NCBI RefSeq assembly: GCF_004010195.1 | Contig: NC_057720.1 | Location: 11,906,543 to 11,970,542 of the forward strand | Length of the DNA: 64,000 nucleotides | Source of the DNA: Chiloscyllium plagiosum | Lineage: Eukaryota | Direction: 5' to 3' | Part shown: positions 40,217 to 54,290 of the stretch, piece after piece | How positions within the stretch are numbered: position 1 is the first letter of the stretch | How the letters are laid out: the number at the start of each line of letters is the position of its first letter | Notes under the pieces: model-generated | Seen by the model: only the letters and a program-made list of their open reading frames with translations | Told to the model about the DNA's origin: nothing | Database searches by the model: none | Made by a program: the position numbers and the translations under genes

Positions 40217-41892
40217 ATCAAGAATCCTGCTCTGCCCAACTCCTCTTCCTTCTCTCTTGTTGAACCATTCATTTACTCTTGTTGTGCATTGGGAGTGCTG
40301 ACTTTACTGCAACCATTTTTAAAATGGAATTACCTCTTTAAAAAAGTCCCAAAGCAATTCATGTTCTGAATCTATTGTGGCCAAAGAGTGCTTGGAAGAC
40401 AACCACATTGATGTATGTGACCTCCTGGCAAAGATGATCTTACATGGAGTGCAACATGGATCAAGAGGTTGAGACAGCTTGGCACTTGGGGATGTTGGAC
40501 CTAGGGACAGGAGAAAACTAGGGAGAAGGCCGTCTATACACAGATTATTAATACATCGCCCTGCTTTGGGGATGGGCACATTGCACTGAATGAATTGATT
40601 TCCTATCTGCCCACTTTCTCTCCAATTCTCAGCATCACACATTCAAATTGATGATTTGCTCAGAAATCTTTAGCCACACGATTTTTGTGGACAAGTCTGC
40701 ACTTCAACAAAGCTAGCAGAATACGGAGTGATCCAATTCTGTGCTCCAAATTATGTGAAATAGCAAAAGTTTGCCATCCACTCCCCTCACTACCTGCATC
40801 AGGTCTGATGCACAAGATTAGCAATGTTATATTTGCTACATGAAATCAATGCAGTCAGGTAGCACACAAAATTACAATGATCCAAAAAAGACAAGAAGAG
40901 TCAGTCTCACTTTTCATTTCCTTGTTTGCATTCAATCTCTTGTAGCACAACTCTCTGCAAAAGTTTTAGAAATCACAGGTATCGACATCAAAAATAATGT
41001 TCAGTTGAGTAAACAATCTGTAATGTTGTTGTCATACTTCAAAGCTGCTTCTTAGTCATAGCCCTAAACTTGCATTTTCTAAGCCCTGGGAAACAGCCAA
41101 TATTTACATCTTCAGGAGACAATAATGCTGTACAACAGGCCATGTGACACAGAAGCAAGACATGACATCAACAGCAAGTACAAGTAAATAAAGGTAGCAG
41201 GACAGTATGTTGCAGACAGTTGTGATGCTCTGGCAGCCTGAAGACACATTGCCTCAATTCAAACCATTAAGGCACTGGAGGGCGCCAGTGGAAATCAATC
41301 CCAGCAAAGAACAAAAACATTTGGAAGGAGACAGGACAGAGGAAAACAAAAGGAAAGGCAAAGGAAAGCCTTTTACTAAAAAAAAAATCCCTGTAGCTTC
41401 ACAAGCAGTTTAATTTGTTATTAAAGAAAGTGACCCACCTAACAACTCCAAGGTATACCAGCAGAAACATAGGTGTGCCTGGATCCAAGATCCCAGGTTA
41501 ATGGAAACACTTGTAAAATTCTACTTTCCTATCATACACAGCAAATAGGTCAGTCAACCTTTAAAGGCAGTTTTTGCCAACAAATATCAGCCCCTGTTCC
41601 TCCCTTCACCAACCCTTTGTACCTAACTTCACAGATACTTAGTCATATAGGATACTCAGGTTCGGAAGTACTGCTGCGGATTGCGGTTATTCTTGAAATG
41701 TAAAGATATTCAATTCCATTGATTCACTTTTCAAGAAAAAAGGTGTTGAATTATGTCAGCAACTTCAGGTCTCAGCCACTGCTCCCATTTCCTCTTGGAC
41801 ACCAGCTGCTGTTACTGAGACAAGGCTATACCAGAGAAATGGGAGTGCAGGACAGGTGGACTCTCGACAGTCAACGAGGTATGGAAGAGGAG

Positions 41893-42292
41893 CGTGGCGT
41901 AGTGGTAATGTTACTGGATCGATAATCCACAGGCCCAGGCTAAAGCTCTGGAAAGATCTGTTCAAATCCCACTGCAGAAGCTAGTGGAATTTAAACTCAA
42001 TTAATAGATCTGGAATATAAAAGCTAGGGTAGCAATGATGACCCATGATAACAACTAGCACCAATTGTTGCAAAAAACCTACCTGGCTGACTAATGGCCC
42101 CTTAGGGAAGGAAATGTAAAGACATCCATTACCGGGTCTGGCTTACATGCGACTCCAGACCCACAGAGAAGTGGTTACTTCTAACTGCCACCTGCAATAA
42201 CCTAGAAAGCTCTCAGCTCAAGGGCAATTAGGAACTGAGCAATACTTACTGGCCTTGCCAGCAATGCCTGCTTCCCATGAAATCAAAAATGC
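41893..42292 (+). mobile_element. Older tRNA-derived SINE (related pieces at about 9515-10470 and 48845-49145)
   Basis: A-box-like tggcgtagtggtaa, B-box-like gttcaaatccc; shared ggtctggcttacatg.gactccagacc. Confidence 0.65.
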
Positions 42293-44140
42293 AAAAAAAA
42301 GTGAACACTCCTTGCGATTATCTACTTTTCACCCACAGAAGAACTCCCTACTGGTTCTCTCCCTCAGTGTAAACATTTACACCTTCGCTGGACCATTCCT
42401 TTCCGCCATACATATCCCTGAACCACATGCTCTTAACTTGCATCCTTATTTTTATAATTCATCAGTCTGACTATCCACTTCACCACAAACCTTCCCCATT
42501 GTCCTTTCTCCCACCAACTTTCTGAGGGAGGCTCATCACATTCCAACATTAATCCACAGATATGGTGCTTTGTCTGATTTCACTCCAGATTCTGTCCAAT
42601 TCAGTCATGATACACGAGCTGCTAAGCAAATAGACTCCACCATGCAGCAGATCTTTGAGGTTTACTGACTCCAGTGACATTTCTGAAATGCCAAACAACA
42701 GGACGAAGGTTGTGGACAAAAAAGTTGAGGGGCAAGAATGCTTTAACTTGCTGAAAATGATCGTGTTCATAGACAGTAAAAAGTTTCACTGAAAACAAGT
42801 TAATCTGTGGCTTAGTCCTCATTGTGTGCTAGTTACAGCCTCAGTTTTTAAATACTGTAACATGTATTTGGAAACAACGTTGCTATGAATTCAAAACCCT
42901 GTTCGTTGAAGTGTAACAATGTACTCAAGTGTTTTGCTCCAAGCTTTATTGATTTAAGTTTCCATGATGGTTTAGGTGGCAGAGGGATAGGATGTGATCA
43001 TAGGATGTGGGAGGAGAATGAGGCGATTCAGCCCATTGAGTCAGTTCCGCCATTCCATCATGGCTGATGTGTTTCTCAACCCAATTCTCCTGCCTTCTCC
43101 CTTAACCTTTGATCCCTTTACTAATCAAGGGAGCTGGCGGGGAGAGATCTGACATAGGTGTGGGGCATAGTTCATTTAAAATTGAATCTAAGCTGCACAC
43201 ATTAAACCGGTGACAAGCTGCAGAGTTTTCTTTTAGTTATTTGTTCATGTCCAGTTGTCATGCGATAAAAACGTTAGAAATGCTGTTGCAAACGTAGAGC
43301 AGGCGCTTTAGTTCTCAAAACAGTAGCAATAGCAGAAAGATGAAATCCAAAACCTAATGCCAGCGATGAAAAAATATTCAAAGTTTGTGCGAAGATTTGT
43401 AGCTCGGGTGCTCATTGTTGTGGTTCTGTTCGCCACAACAATGAAAAAATATTGTTCTGAACCAGATACAAATCCATGATGTTAACTCTTCTATGGTAGC
43501 ATTTAACTGCATTGGGAGCCATCCGCCGTCTTTGGCTCTATTGTCTTGCGATTGTTCTGAGTTTTCGTCATTCATGAGGAAAGATTTCCACTGATACCTA
43601 TTCTAAATTTAAGTTCACAATATACTATAGCTTCACTTTCCTGGCCTACTTTGAACTTCCACTTTATCTACAGCATGATTATCCATGAGTGGAGTGGGAT
43701 GATCCAGTTCAAACCATTGCCTTCTTTCAGATAAGACATCAAAATGAGATCACAATTTCAAAGAAAAGGAAACTCATCCCAGCATCATAATACTCACTCC
43801 TTAACTAACTTCACAAAAAGCAGATTACAGAAGAATCAGGAACAGTGCTAGGTCAAGCCCCTGCTCCTCAGGGACACTCCTACATTCAACACGATCATGG
43901 CTGACCTTCTGTATTGATTTACGTTCCCATCCAATTTGTATATCCCTCGAATCCCCTAGTTTCCACCAACATCTGTCTTGGATACATTTAAAAAAATGAG
44001 CAGCCACAGCCCTCACTGGGAGAGAATTCTAAAAAATTTACAACCTCCTGAATGATGCCTCCTCATTTCAGGTCTAAATATCTCAACCTTTTCTTGAGAC
44101 TCTGAGTCCAAAGTGTAAACTCACCAGGCAAGAAAAACAG

Positions 44141-44806
44141 GGTGAAAGCGAGGCCTGCAGATGCTGGAGATCAGAGTCAAGATTAGAGTGGGGCTGGAGA
44201 GGCACAGCAGGTCAGGCAGCATCCAAGGAGCAGGAAAATCAACGTTTTGGGCAAAGCCCTTCCTCAGGAATGAGGCTGGGAGCAGAGAGATAAATGGAAG
44301 GGGGGTGGGGCTGGGGGAAAGTAGCTGAGAGTGCAATAGGTAGATGGAGGTGGGGGTAAAGGTGATAGGTTGGAGAGGAGGGTGGAGCGGATAGATGGGA
44401 AGGAAGATTGACAGGTGGGACAGGTCGTGAGGATGGTGCTGAGCTGGAAGGTTGGAACTGGGGTAAGGTGGCGGGAGGGGAAATGAGGAAGCTGATGAAG
44501 TCCACATTGATGCCACGGAGTTGGAGAGTTCCAAGGCGGAAGATGAGGCGTTCTTCCTCCAGGCATTGGGTGGTAAGGGAGTGGCGACGCAGGAGGCCCA
44601 GGACCTGCACGTCCTTGGCGGAGTGGGAGGGGGAATTGAAATGTTCAGCCACGGGGCGGTGGGGTTGATTGGTGCGGATGTCCCGGAGATGTTCTCTGAA
44701 GTGCTCTACAAGTAGGCGTCCATTCTCCCCAGTGTACAGGAGCAACGGATCCAGTAAATGACACGTGTGAAAGTGCAGGTGAAACTTTGATGGATGTAGA
44801 AGGTTC
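44141..44806 (-). mobile_element. Penelope-like element 3' fragment with GIY-YIG endonuclease remnant and pseudo-LTR (family A)
   Basis: Translation YTGENGRLLVEHFREHLRDIR...PVAEHFNSPSH...EERLIFRLGTLQLRGIN, preceded by FTCTFTRVIYWIRCS. Followed by a CT-rich tract and a hammerhead-like motif (44270-44238). Confidence 0.92.
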
Positions 44807-45072
44807 CAGTCTAGTTATTATCTAATTGTTGCTTGTGGGGTTTCATTGTGCAGAGATTGGCTGCAAGATTCCTGATGTTACAATAATCACTATGTATCAA
44901 TAATATTCTATTCGTTGGTGACAGGGTTTGGAGCATCTGAGGTTGAGATTGGCAAAGCAAAATAAGTGCAAGCTATTTCTTCATGCCCAGAAAGTACACT
45001 CTAACTTAAAAGGAATGATTGGAGAAATGGGTATCTGTTCAGTTATCTCACACTGTGGAGATGTGGAGTAAT

Positions 45073-45380
45073 GATGTGGAGGTGTCAGTATTGGGAGAAA
45101 GTGAGGACTGCTCATTCCTGAAGAAGGGCTTATGCCCGAAACGTCGATTCTCCTGCTCCTCGGATGCTGCCTGGCCTGCTGCGCTTTTCCAGCTCCACAC
45201 TTTTCAACTCAGGTGTCAGTATTGAACTGGGATGGACAGGGTCAGAGGTTACACAACACCAGGTTATATAGTCCAACAGGTTTATGTGGAATCACCTGAA
45301 GGAGCAGCATTCTCAATGCTTGTGATTTGAAATAAACCTGTTGAACCATAAGGTGATGTTGTGTGACTTCTGATCTTGCC
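45073..45380. mobile_element. Family B element with nested family A insert (45094-45210)
   Basis: 14-bp TSD aggtgtcagtattg (45080-45093, 45211-45224). Confidence 0.85.
45116..45147 (+). ncRNA. Minimal hammerhead ribozyme motif with intact core (family A)
   Basis: UC-CUGAAGA-A-GGGC(UUAU)GCCC-GAAAC-GUC-GA: catalytic core, stem II, palindromic ACGU stem III, GUC triplet, 2-bp stem I. Confidence 0.7.
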
Positions 45381-46053
45381 CAAGAAAGAGATTTGGTTTG
45401 TTTGTTGGACAGTGTCAAACTCCAATGTTTGTTTACTTGATATGCTACTGTACAGAACCAAACTGCCTTAGTGACAATGTGTGTGTGTGTATAATCACAC
45501 ACACATACAGACATATATTTTATGAATAAAGTATATTTCTGAAATTAAAAATTTATTCCAAGGATCCCAATATCAGATGAGAGGCTTCCCAAATAAAGTG
45601 TCACTCTTTATAGAATTCCATGATAACCATTCAACTTCAATTCTGACAAAGAGAACAGTAAACTCCCCCTGACACCTAGGTTTCCGATTGATCCTAACAC
45701 ATGACGAAACAGTTTGTAAATTACAATGTCAGAATACAAATTAATGGCCAGATCAGAGTGGTAATACAATGGGACAAAGTTACTGAACTTAGAAACTGGA
45801 CATATAAGCCACTTTTGGATGCTCAGTCTCTTCGGATTACAACCTTGCTAAAAGCAGGTTGTCTTTTGAGGTTAGAATGTACATTGAAGAGTTTTTGTTA
45901 ACCACAAGGTCTCGATATTCTCACTTGACACTGACCAGAATGTCTCATGTGCCTTATTTAAGAACAGAATCTTTGATGAACTAATGCCATTTTCATTAAC
46001 CATCCACAGAATTTTTTTTTAAATATAAAGAAACACAGCTAGCCATCTCACAA

Positions 46054-46309
46054 CATAGAATCTCTAGAGTGTGGAAGTAGGACATTTGGCCCATCAAGTC
46101 CACACCAAAGAGCATCCCACCGCCTTAGACTATCCCTGTAAACCTGCATTTCCTATGGCCAATCAACCAAACGTGCAGAGCTTTGGACTGTGGGAGGAAA
46201 CCCACGCAGACACAGGGTAAAATGTGCAAACTCCAGACAGACAGTTGCCCAAGGCTGGAATTGAACCCGGGTCCCTGGCACTGTGAGGCAGTGGTGCTAA
46301 TCACTGAGT
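46054..46309 (-). mobile_element. HE1-type V-SINE
   Basis: Consensus match. Confidence 0.85.
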
Positions 46310-46944
46310 CTATAGTTGGTTTTCTTCCAAAGTTTTAAATTACTTCCTATTAATGAAAGCAATGTGGTCAACCCACCCAAGCATAAAAGTCATTCTTAAA
46401 ATGTGAATTCACTCAGATTTGAAATGCCCCTTTTCCATATTCAATAAGTTTCAACAATAAACAGAAGCAGTTACTAACAATCGTAAACCATATTGTGATA
46501 TAAAATCACTGTTAGAGCTGAAGTTTAGCAATATTTCCACATTACATCAACCTAGTTATTACATTACAAACAAAAGCAAGTTGGAATATCGCCGCTTGCA
46601 CACTCCAGGATACTGAAATGTACCACTCAATTTGGGACTGTGGCTTTCTATCTTCAAACGAGTTATAATCGAGAATCTTTTTCTGAAAGCCCAAAAGCTC
46701 CTTTAATCGTAACTAACATCAGCTAAACCAGCAATTTGGATATAGGACTCAAATCCCCACCACACCCAAACTGCTCCCAGAGACTGGTGAAAGAAAACAG
46801 ATTAGGCAGAGTTCCCAATTATGATTGCAATGTGGTAACACTTGCTGGGAATCTCTGGATGGAAGTAGGGTGAAACCCTTCACTGATGCCTTACATTGCC
46901 AAGAGAGTGTTTTTTTTCATCATAAACCAGCTTAAAGGCCTCTT

Positions 46945-47052
46945 ATGGTGCAGTGGCAGTGTCCCTATCTCTGAGCCAGGAACTCCAGGTTCAAGTCCCA
47001 CCTGCTCCAGAGGTCTGTAACAACATCTTTAAATAGATTGATGAGGAAATAT
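46945..47052 (+). mobile_element. Short tRNA-derived SINE (also about 6535-6622 minus, 28295-28382 plus, 34318-34410 minus)
   Basis: tggtgcagtggcagtgtccc...ggttcaagtcccacctgctccagaggt. Confidence 0.7.
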
Positions 47053-47196
47053 CTTCAGGCATGAAGAACGCCCCCTTTAGCAAGGTGCTGGAAATGTGAA
47101 ACAAACACACAGAATGCTGGAAAAACTCAGCCTGACTGGATTTGCCAAAACAAAAATCAGAGATAATGTTTTGAATCCAGTATGACTCTTCTTGAG

Positions 47197-47674
47197 ATCT
47201 ACAGAAATTGGTGAGGCCAATCAGAGTACTGTGTACAATTCTGATCGCCCTTCTGTAGGAAGGATGTGGCTTTCTCCCCCTGGAGAATCATAGGCTGAGG
47301 AGTGACCTTACAGAGGTTTACAAAATTACGAGGGGCATGGATAAGATGAATAGCTAAGGTATTTTCCCCAGGGTAGGGGAGTCCAAAACTGGAAGGCAGA
47401 GATATTAGGTGAGGCGCAAAAAATTTAAAAGGGACCTACGGGGCAACTTTATCACACAGAGGGTGCTGCCTGCATGGAATGAGCTGCCAGAGGAAGTGGT
47501 GGAGGCTGGTACAATGCAACATTTAAAAAGCATCGGGATAGGCAAATGAATAGGAAGGCTTTAGAAGAAGATGGGCCAAATGTTGGCAAGTGGGACTAAG
47601 TCAAATTGGGATGGGTCAATGTGGACGATTTGGATCGAAGGATCTGTTTCCCTGCTGTATGACTCTATGACTCT
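47197..47674 (+). mobile_element. HER/CR1 3' fragment
   Basis: Similar to 5100-5470; tail tatgactctatgactct. Confidence 0.88.
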
Positions 47675-49211
47675 AAATGTAACCAACATCACAGCCTTCA
47701 AGTGGTGGAAATCAGCACAAAGATGATTTTGAGTAGGATTGCTGACCCAACTCATATTTTCACCACTTGCACGAGTACAGTACCTTCAACCTAATAAAAT
47801 ATCAAGGCATTTCAGACAGACACTGATCTAAGATCTAATCAAAGAGATTTTAGAGTAGTTGACCAAAGGACTACTCGAAGCATTAGATTTTAAGGAGCAT
47901 TATAAAAGAAAGATTAAAAAAAAAGGGGTTAAGAAAGGGAAATCTAGAGCTATGAGTCAAGGCAGCCAAAAACATGGTGAGGGATGGGAAGTGTAGATTT
48001 CTCAAAAATCTGTAGGAAGGTAGAGATAGAGAGTGAGGAACACTGACATGTAAACATCCGATCAACAGGATCCAAATTTTACATTTGAGATGTTGTTAGC
48101 TCAGGAACTAGGGTACATCAGCAAGTGCGGGGATGAGAGTGATCAAGGCTTATTGCAAGTTGGGATGTGAGCAGTGGAGTTGTGGATGAATATTTCTGAA
48201 ACTTAGAAGGTGAAAGTTAGTCATTCGAGTAGTTAAGCCTGGAGGTTACAGTAGTGCATTGCGCTGGCTGCACAGGCTTCCCCAAAGCAGAATTGCAGCA
48301 TTGTCACCACAGGTCCCCAGGTTTCTGAACCTCATTCAGCTGCATAGCATTCAAGGCAAAAAACATTCTGAACAACAGCTGACTGCTCTAAAATTCTTCA
48401 TTACAGATTTGAAATCAAGTGACCTGCCTTTCTTTTAAAGCATTACCATCTGCAAGAATTCCAGGCTCAATTTGAGATCTACACCAAATTACCTCAGTGT
48501 TGGCTGAAAATTGAAAAGCACAATAAACTGGACATAGGGGTGGGCCAGCATGTTCTCAGAAGGAGAAATAAAACAGAGAGCTCCTATCCCTGCGAGAAAG
48601 AGTACGCATATAGTAAAGATATATCAATTGTTCAGGTGGAAATCCTTCAATTACTTAACAGCTACCCAAGTTACAGTCTATGTTCATATCATACTGTAGG
48701 AAATCTAATCTAATCTAATCAAGAATGACCATTTCTGGAAAGAACCAGATGGCACATGCAGGAATGTACCCCAACATAATGCAGATTCTTGGAACGTGGA
48801 GATGCCTACAGCTGAACAGCCTTCAAATCTTGTGGTATTACCTTGTGGTATTATCACTAAGCTATTAACCTACAGACCCAGGGTTTGAATCCCAGAATTG
48901 CAGAATATCTTGAATAAAATAAAAATCGGGAATTGAGTCCAATAATGACCGTGAAACTACTCGATTGTCAGAAAAACCCATCTGGTACACTGACACACTT
49001 CAGAGAAGCAAACTGCTGTCCTTACGTGGTCTGGCCTACATGTAACTCCAGACCACATAAAAACATGGTTGAATTTCAACTGCCCTCTGAGTAACAAATG
49101 CTGGTCTAGCCAGCAACGCCCACATTTTATGAATGAATTAAAAATAAATTCATCCTCAACGTGCTTTCCCCAATGCAGATGTCTTCAGAAGCATCAGCAG
49201 ACAGAAACAAG

Positions 49212-49281
49212 CAAATCCAGACAGGTGGATCAAATCCAGACAGGTGGATCAAATCCAGACAGGTGGATCAAATCCAGACAG
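49212..49281. repeat. 19-bp minisatellite, about 3.7 perfect copies
   Basis: (caaatccagacaggtggat)x3 plus caaatccagacag. Confidence 0.95.
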
Positions 49282-49879
49282 TAGCTACACATCAACTACG
49301 ATCTGCGATTCTAATAAAGGGGTTGAATGGCCCACTCGCACATTCATAACACCATGTGGACATCACTATAAATTTCAGTGCCAACATCATTACATCCAAA
49401 TGTTGCAAGCAAAGGTATATTATTAAGCAAATTTTCTTCAATTGCTCCTTCCTGTGCCCACGATCAGGCAAGAGTACAACAAAACTGCAGAACTACCATT
49501 TAATCAAAACACCCAGCAAATAAATCCTTTGCAGAGAATTGAAATCCCAAACTGTATACAGGTGCATGCATTTTCTCAAAATAGAACAATAAATATTTTC
49601 AGCACAGGATGTACGTGCAACAATCAAACATTAATTTCTCTTCCTGCTTTCTTCCCACAGTCTTGTTTCAAATACTGATATATTATTCTCTTGAAACATC
49701 CATTCATCACTAGGAAGAGTTAGGATAGGTGCACTTTTATGATTGAGAGAAAATTGCACTCAAAGCAAAAACTGGAATTCAATATGCATGGTGCTTGAAA
49801 TTAAATTCATGTGTTCAATTCTCCCACCACACACACAAGTACCTCCAGAGCTCAGATATTAGGAGAGAGTTGACAGATA

Positions 49880-50475
49880 TCAACCAGGGAACAGTCACTC
49901 GAGTCAGGAGGCTCTGGGTTCATGGCCCAAGATGGACATGCGCATAAAGCTCAAGGCAGCGCAGTGCTGCACTGTCAGAGGTGTTGTCTTACAGAGGAGA
50001 CATTAAACTAAGGTCTTGTGCGCCTCTCAGGTAGGCAAGACCCCATGGCACCAAATTAAAGAGGAACGAGGGATTTTCTTCCTGGCATCCTAATTAATAC
50101 TTAACCTTCAAACATCACAAAACAGATCATCTGGTTATTATCACACTGACATCTGAATTAGAATTAGGTTTCATTGTCACATGTATTCAAGTACATGGAT
50201 GCAGTGAAAAATTTACAATGTCGCCATTCATAGTGCCATCTTCACAGGTAAAATAGTTACAAAATCTTAAGTAAACAAATAAGTTCAACATTTCAGTTCT
50301 TGTCAGTATAAAGTAGTAAATAAATAAAGTTTAAAAACTCCAACTTGTGGGAACTTGCTGTGTGAAAATTGGCTGCCAACATTTCCTACATCACAAAAGT
50401 GTCTCCGTTTCAAGTATTGCTTTGGTTGTAAAATGCTTTGGAACATCCAGTGGACATGACAGATGTAGTATAACT
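49880..50475 (+). mobile_element. Ancient Deu-domain-like SINE (SacSINE/AmnSINE type), interrupted
   Basis: gtgctgcactgtcagaggtg...acattaaac...acagatcatctggttattatcacactg...gtgggaacttgctgtgtgaaaattggctgcc. Confidence 0.55.
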
Positions 50476-51024
50476 AATATCGTGTTTTATCAATAACTGA
50501 GTCACTGTAACCAGAACATTCTTGCCCTACAATTTAACAACAACTTCATGTCAACAAAATCACATCAGTTGCAAATCCTTCAGGATGTTCCAAGATCAAT
50601 AAAATTCGACACAAATCCTTCTTAAAGCTTTGCCTACCCTCTTACAAAAATGTACTATATTACCTAATCTCAGTCAGGTCCAGTGGCAGACTTGTTATAA
50701 TCAGCCACAGTGCTTCTGGATTTGGTTGGGATAAAGGATTTTTAAAAATGCAGAAACTGCACAAATGATCACTAATCAACTGTCCTTGCTGGAAATGAAT
50801 ATAAACAGATAGTGCGGGAGAGGGAGTTTGGAATCAGTGGCTTTGCCTCTTCCCAAACACACACCCTCACTTAAGGTATTGACATTGTAAGGGGATGTTT
50901 CAGATTACACTAGCAACATCGAATCATAATCAGCCCAAGCCCACTACAAATCAGAAAAACACACAACTCAGTACATACGAGCACCTGCAGAAGCCCCAGG
51001 TGCACCCAAAGATTTATGCCATGT

Positions 51025-52520
51025 GACAGGTGAAGTATAATGCGGATAAATGTGTGGTTATCCATTTTGGTAGCAAAAACAGGAAGGCTTACTACCTGAA
51101 TGACAGTAGATTGCGAATGCAGGAGTGGCAATGAAACCTGGGCATCTAAGTACACCAGTTGTTAAAAGCATGCAGATGCAACAAGCTGTGAAGGTGGCAA
51201 ATTGTATGCTGCCCTTCACAGTGATAGAATTCGAGTACAGGAACAGGGATATCCTACTGCAATTGAACAGAGTCTTTGAGAGACCACACCTGGAGTACTG
51301 TGCATAGTTTTGATCTCACCTGAGGGAAAATGTTCTGGGTATGGAGGGAATGTAAAAAAAAAGGTTTATCAGCCTCAATCTGGGGTTGAGCACTGACAGA
51401 TGAGGAGATACTGGATTGGTTAGGACTAAATTCACTGGAATTCAGAAGGATGAGGGATGATCTCTCAACCTATAAAAATTCTAGGATTAGACAATGTAAA
51501 TGCAGGAAGGATGTTCCCGATGATTGGAGAAATCAGAACCGGGGTCACAGTCAAAGAGTACGAAGTAGGCAATTTAGGACTGACACGAGAAGAGAGATGA
51601 GCCTGTGACATTTTCTGCCATAGAAAACAGCGGTTGAGGCCAAAACATTGAATGTTTTCAAGAACGAGACAGATATAGTTCATAAAACCATAGTATCCCC
51701 AGTGTAGAAATAGGCTATTCAGCCCAACACATCCACACTGACCCTCCAAAGAACATCCCACCCAGACCGATCCTACTTACCCTACATCCCTGTAACCCTG
51801 CATTTTCCTGTGGCTAATGCACCCAACCGATACATCCCTGAACACTATGGGGCAATTTACCATGGCCGATCCACCTAATCTATGGGCGGCACAGTGGCTC
51901 AGTGGTTAGCACTGCTGCCTCACAGTACCAGGGTCCAAGGTTCAATTCCAGCCTCGGGTGACTGTCTGTGTGGAGTATGCACATTCTCCCCGTGTCTGCG
52001 TGGGTTTCCTCCGGGTGCTCCGGTTTCCTCCCACAGTCCAAAGATGTGCAGACCAGGTGTATTTGCTATGCTAAATTGGCCATAGTGTTAGGTGCATTAG
52101 TCAGAGGGAAATGGGTCTGGGTGGGTTACTCTTCGGAGGATCGGTGTTGACTGGTTGGGCTGAAGGACCTGTTTCCACATTATAGGAAATCTCTAATCTC
52201 TAAAAACCTGCATGTTTGAACTGTGGGAGGAAACCTGGAGCACCCAGAAGAAACCCACGCAGACACTGGGAGAACGTGCAAACTCCATACAGACAGTTGC
52301 CTGAGGTTGGAATCAAACCCAGGTCCCTCGTGCTGTGAAGTAGCAGTGCTGACCACTGAGCCACCATGCCACCCCAGCTCTTAGGGCTGAAGGGATCAAA
52401 GGATATGAGGAGAAAGCAAGAACAGATTACTGAGTTGGATGGTCAGCCATGATGGTACTGAGTGGCACAATAGGCTTGAAGGGTCAAATAGCCTGCTCCT
52501 ATTCCTACGTTCTATATTTC
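51025..52520 (+). mobile_element. CR1 3' fragment interrupted by nested SINEs
   Basis: RPHLEYC motif; tail resumes at about 52378. Confidence 0.75.
51689..52374. mobile_element. HE1 SINE (+, 51882-52200) nested in an HE1 SINE (-)
   Basis: Outer minus copy is split at ccacctaatct; inner plus copy is complete and ends ctaatct. Confidence 0.88.
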
Positions 52521-52806
52521 TAGAGATGCCCCCTTGGGAAAAGTGCCAGGGAGCAACTAGTGAAGCTCTAACCCAACAAGGGATTCAGGAGAGAATGGGA
52601 GAGAAGACTGGCAGGAAAAGGCAAACAGCTTGTGTGGAAACAATGAAGCTTCTGATGGTCCATTTTCATCTGGATTCCTGATAATCATTATAAAAATGTG
52701 AATACTTGCTCCAGATGGCACAATAATAGCCTACCCTCAAGTCCTAGCATTCCAAATAATAAAATGTAGGTAGCAAAAGTAAGTTTCACTAGCTTGGAAA
52801 GTTTAA

Positions 52807-54040
52807 GTCATAGAGTCACAAGAGATGTACAGCATGGAAACAGACCCTTGGGTCCAACCCGTCCATGCTGACCAGATATCCTAACGCAATCTAGTCCCAC
52901 CTGCCAGCACCCGGCCCATATCCCTGCAAACCCTTCCTATTCATATAGCCATCCAAATGCCTCTTAAATGTTGCAATTGTACCAGTCTCCACCACTTCCA
53001 AACTCGTACCACCCTGTGTGCGAAAAAGTTGCCCCTTAGGTCTCTTTTATATTTTACCCCTCTCACCCGAAACCTATGCACTCTAGTTCTGGACTCCCCC
53101 ACCCTTGGGAAAAGACTTCGCCTATTTACCCTATCCATGCCCCTCATAATTTTGTAAACCTCTGTAAGGTCTCCCCTCAGCCTCCGATGCTCCAGGAAAA
53201 ACAGCCCCAGCCTGTTCAGGCTCTCCCTGTAGCTCAAATCTTCCAACCCTAGCAACATCCTTGTAAATCCTTTCTGAACCCTTTCAAGTTTCACAACAAC
53301 ATCTTTCCGATAGAAAGGAGACCAGATCTGCATACAATATTCCAACAGTGGCCTAACCAATGTCCTGTATAGCTGCAACATGACCTCGCAACTCCAGTAC
53401 TCAATGCACTGACCAATAAGAGGAAAGCATACTAAACACCTTCTTCACTATCCTATCTACCTGCAACTCCACTTTCAAGGAGCTTTGTTCAGCAACACTC
53501 CCTAGAACCTTACCATTAAATGAATAAGTCCTGTTAAGATTTGCTTTCCCAAAATGCAGCAACTCGCATTTATCTGAATTAAACTCCATCTGCCATTTCT
53601 CAGCCCATTGGCCCATCTGGTCAAGATCCTGTTGTTATCTGAGGTAACCTTCTTCGCTGTTCACTACACCTCCAATTTTGGTGTCATCTGCAAACTTACT
53701 AACTGTACCTCTTATGCGCGCATCCAAACCATTTATGTAAATGACGAAAAGTAGAGGACCCAGCACCGATCCCTGTGGCACTCCATTGGTCACAGGTCTC
53801 CAGTCTGAAAAACAACCGTCCACCACCACCCTGTCTTCTACCTTTGAGCCAGTTTTGTATCTTGCAGAATCTAAGAATCAAACCAAACAACAATCTCACT
53901 CAATCGTTTCTCATTTATGTAAATGACGAAAAGTAGAGGACCCAGCACCGATCCCTGTGGCATTCCACTGGTTACAGGCCTCCAGTCTGAAAAACAACCG
54001 TCCACCACCACCCTGTCTTCTACCTTTGAGCCAGTTTTGT
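52807..54040 (-). mobile_element. HER/CR1 LINE RT and 3' end, with duplicated 5' junction
   Basis: [33 protein letters not shown] motifs. Confidence 0.93.
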
Positions 54041-54254
54041 ATCTTGCAGAATCTAAGAATCAAACCAAACAACAATCTCACTCAATCGTTTCAGAGATCT
54101 TGTTCAGCCCAACCTGATTTCAGTATTTCATGATAAAATTACTGATAGCCCAGTAGATAGAGGGGAGAAATTAGAATTACACAAAATAATCAGTTGCATT
54201 ATATAAAATGTAAATAATTGGTTAATAATAAAGGAAACCAAAAAAAAATGTTAC

Positions 54255-54290
54255 TTTTCCAAGCATCAGCTTGATCTTGTCATCGATATC
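54255..54290 (-). CDS. Putative uORF microexon (36 nt, DIDDKIKLMLGK)
   Basis: ccgtctttactagaatag|GATATC...GGAAAA|gtaaca; phase 0-0, open, in non-repeat sequence. A competing TAG acceptor lies 5 nt upstream. Confidence 0.5.

Noticed and set aside
42540..42681. Exon-like acceptor tttggcatttcag and 73-aa ORF
   Set aside because: No convincing donor; stop codon in the phase-0 frame.
43378..43575. 65-aa ORF MNDENSEQ... in a mildly CpG-rich patch
   Set aside because: No recognisable family and no clear splice structure.
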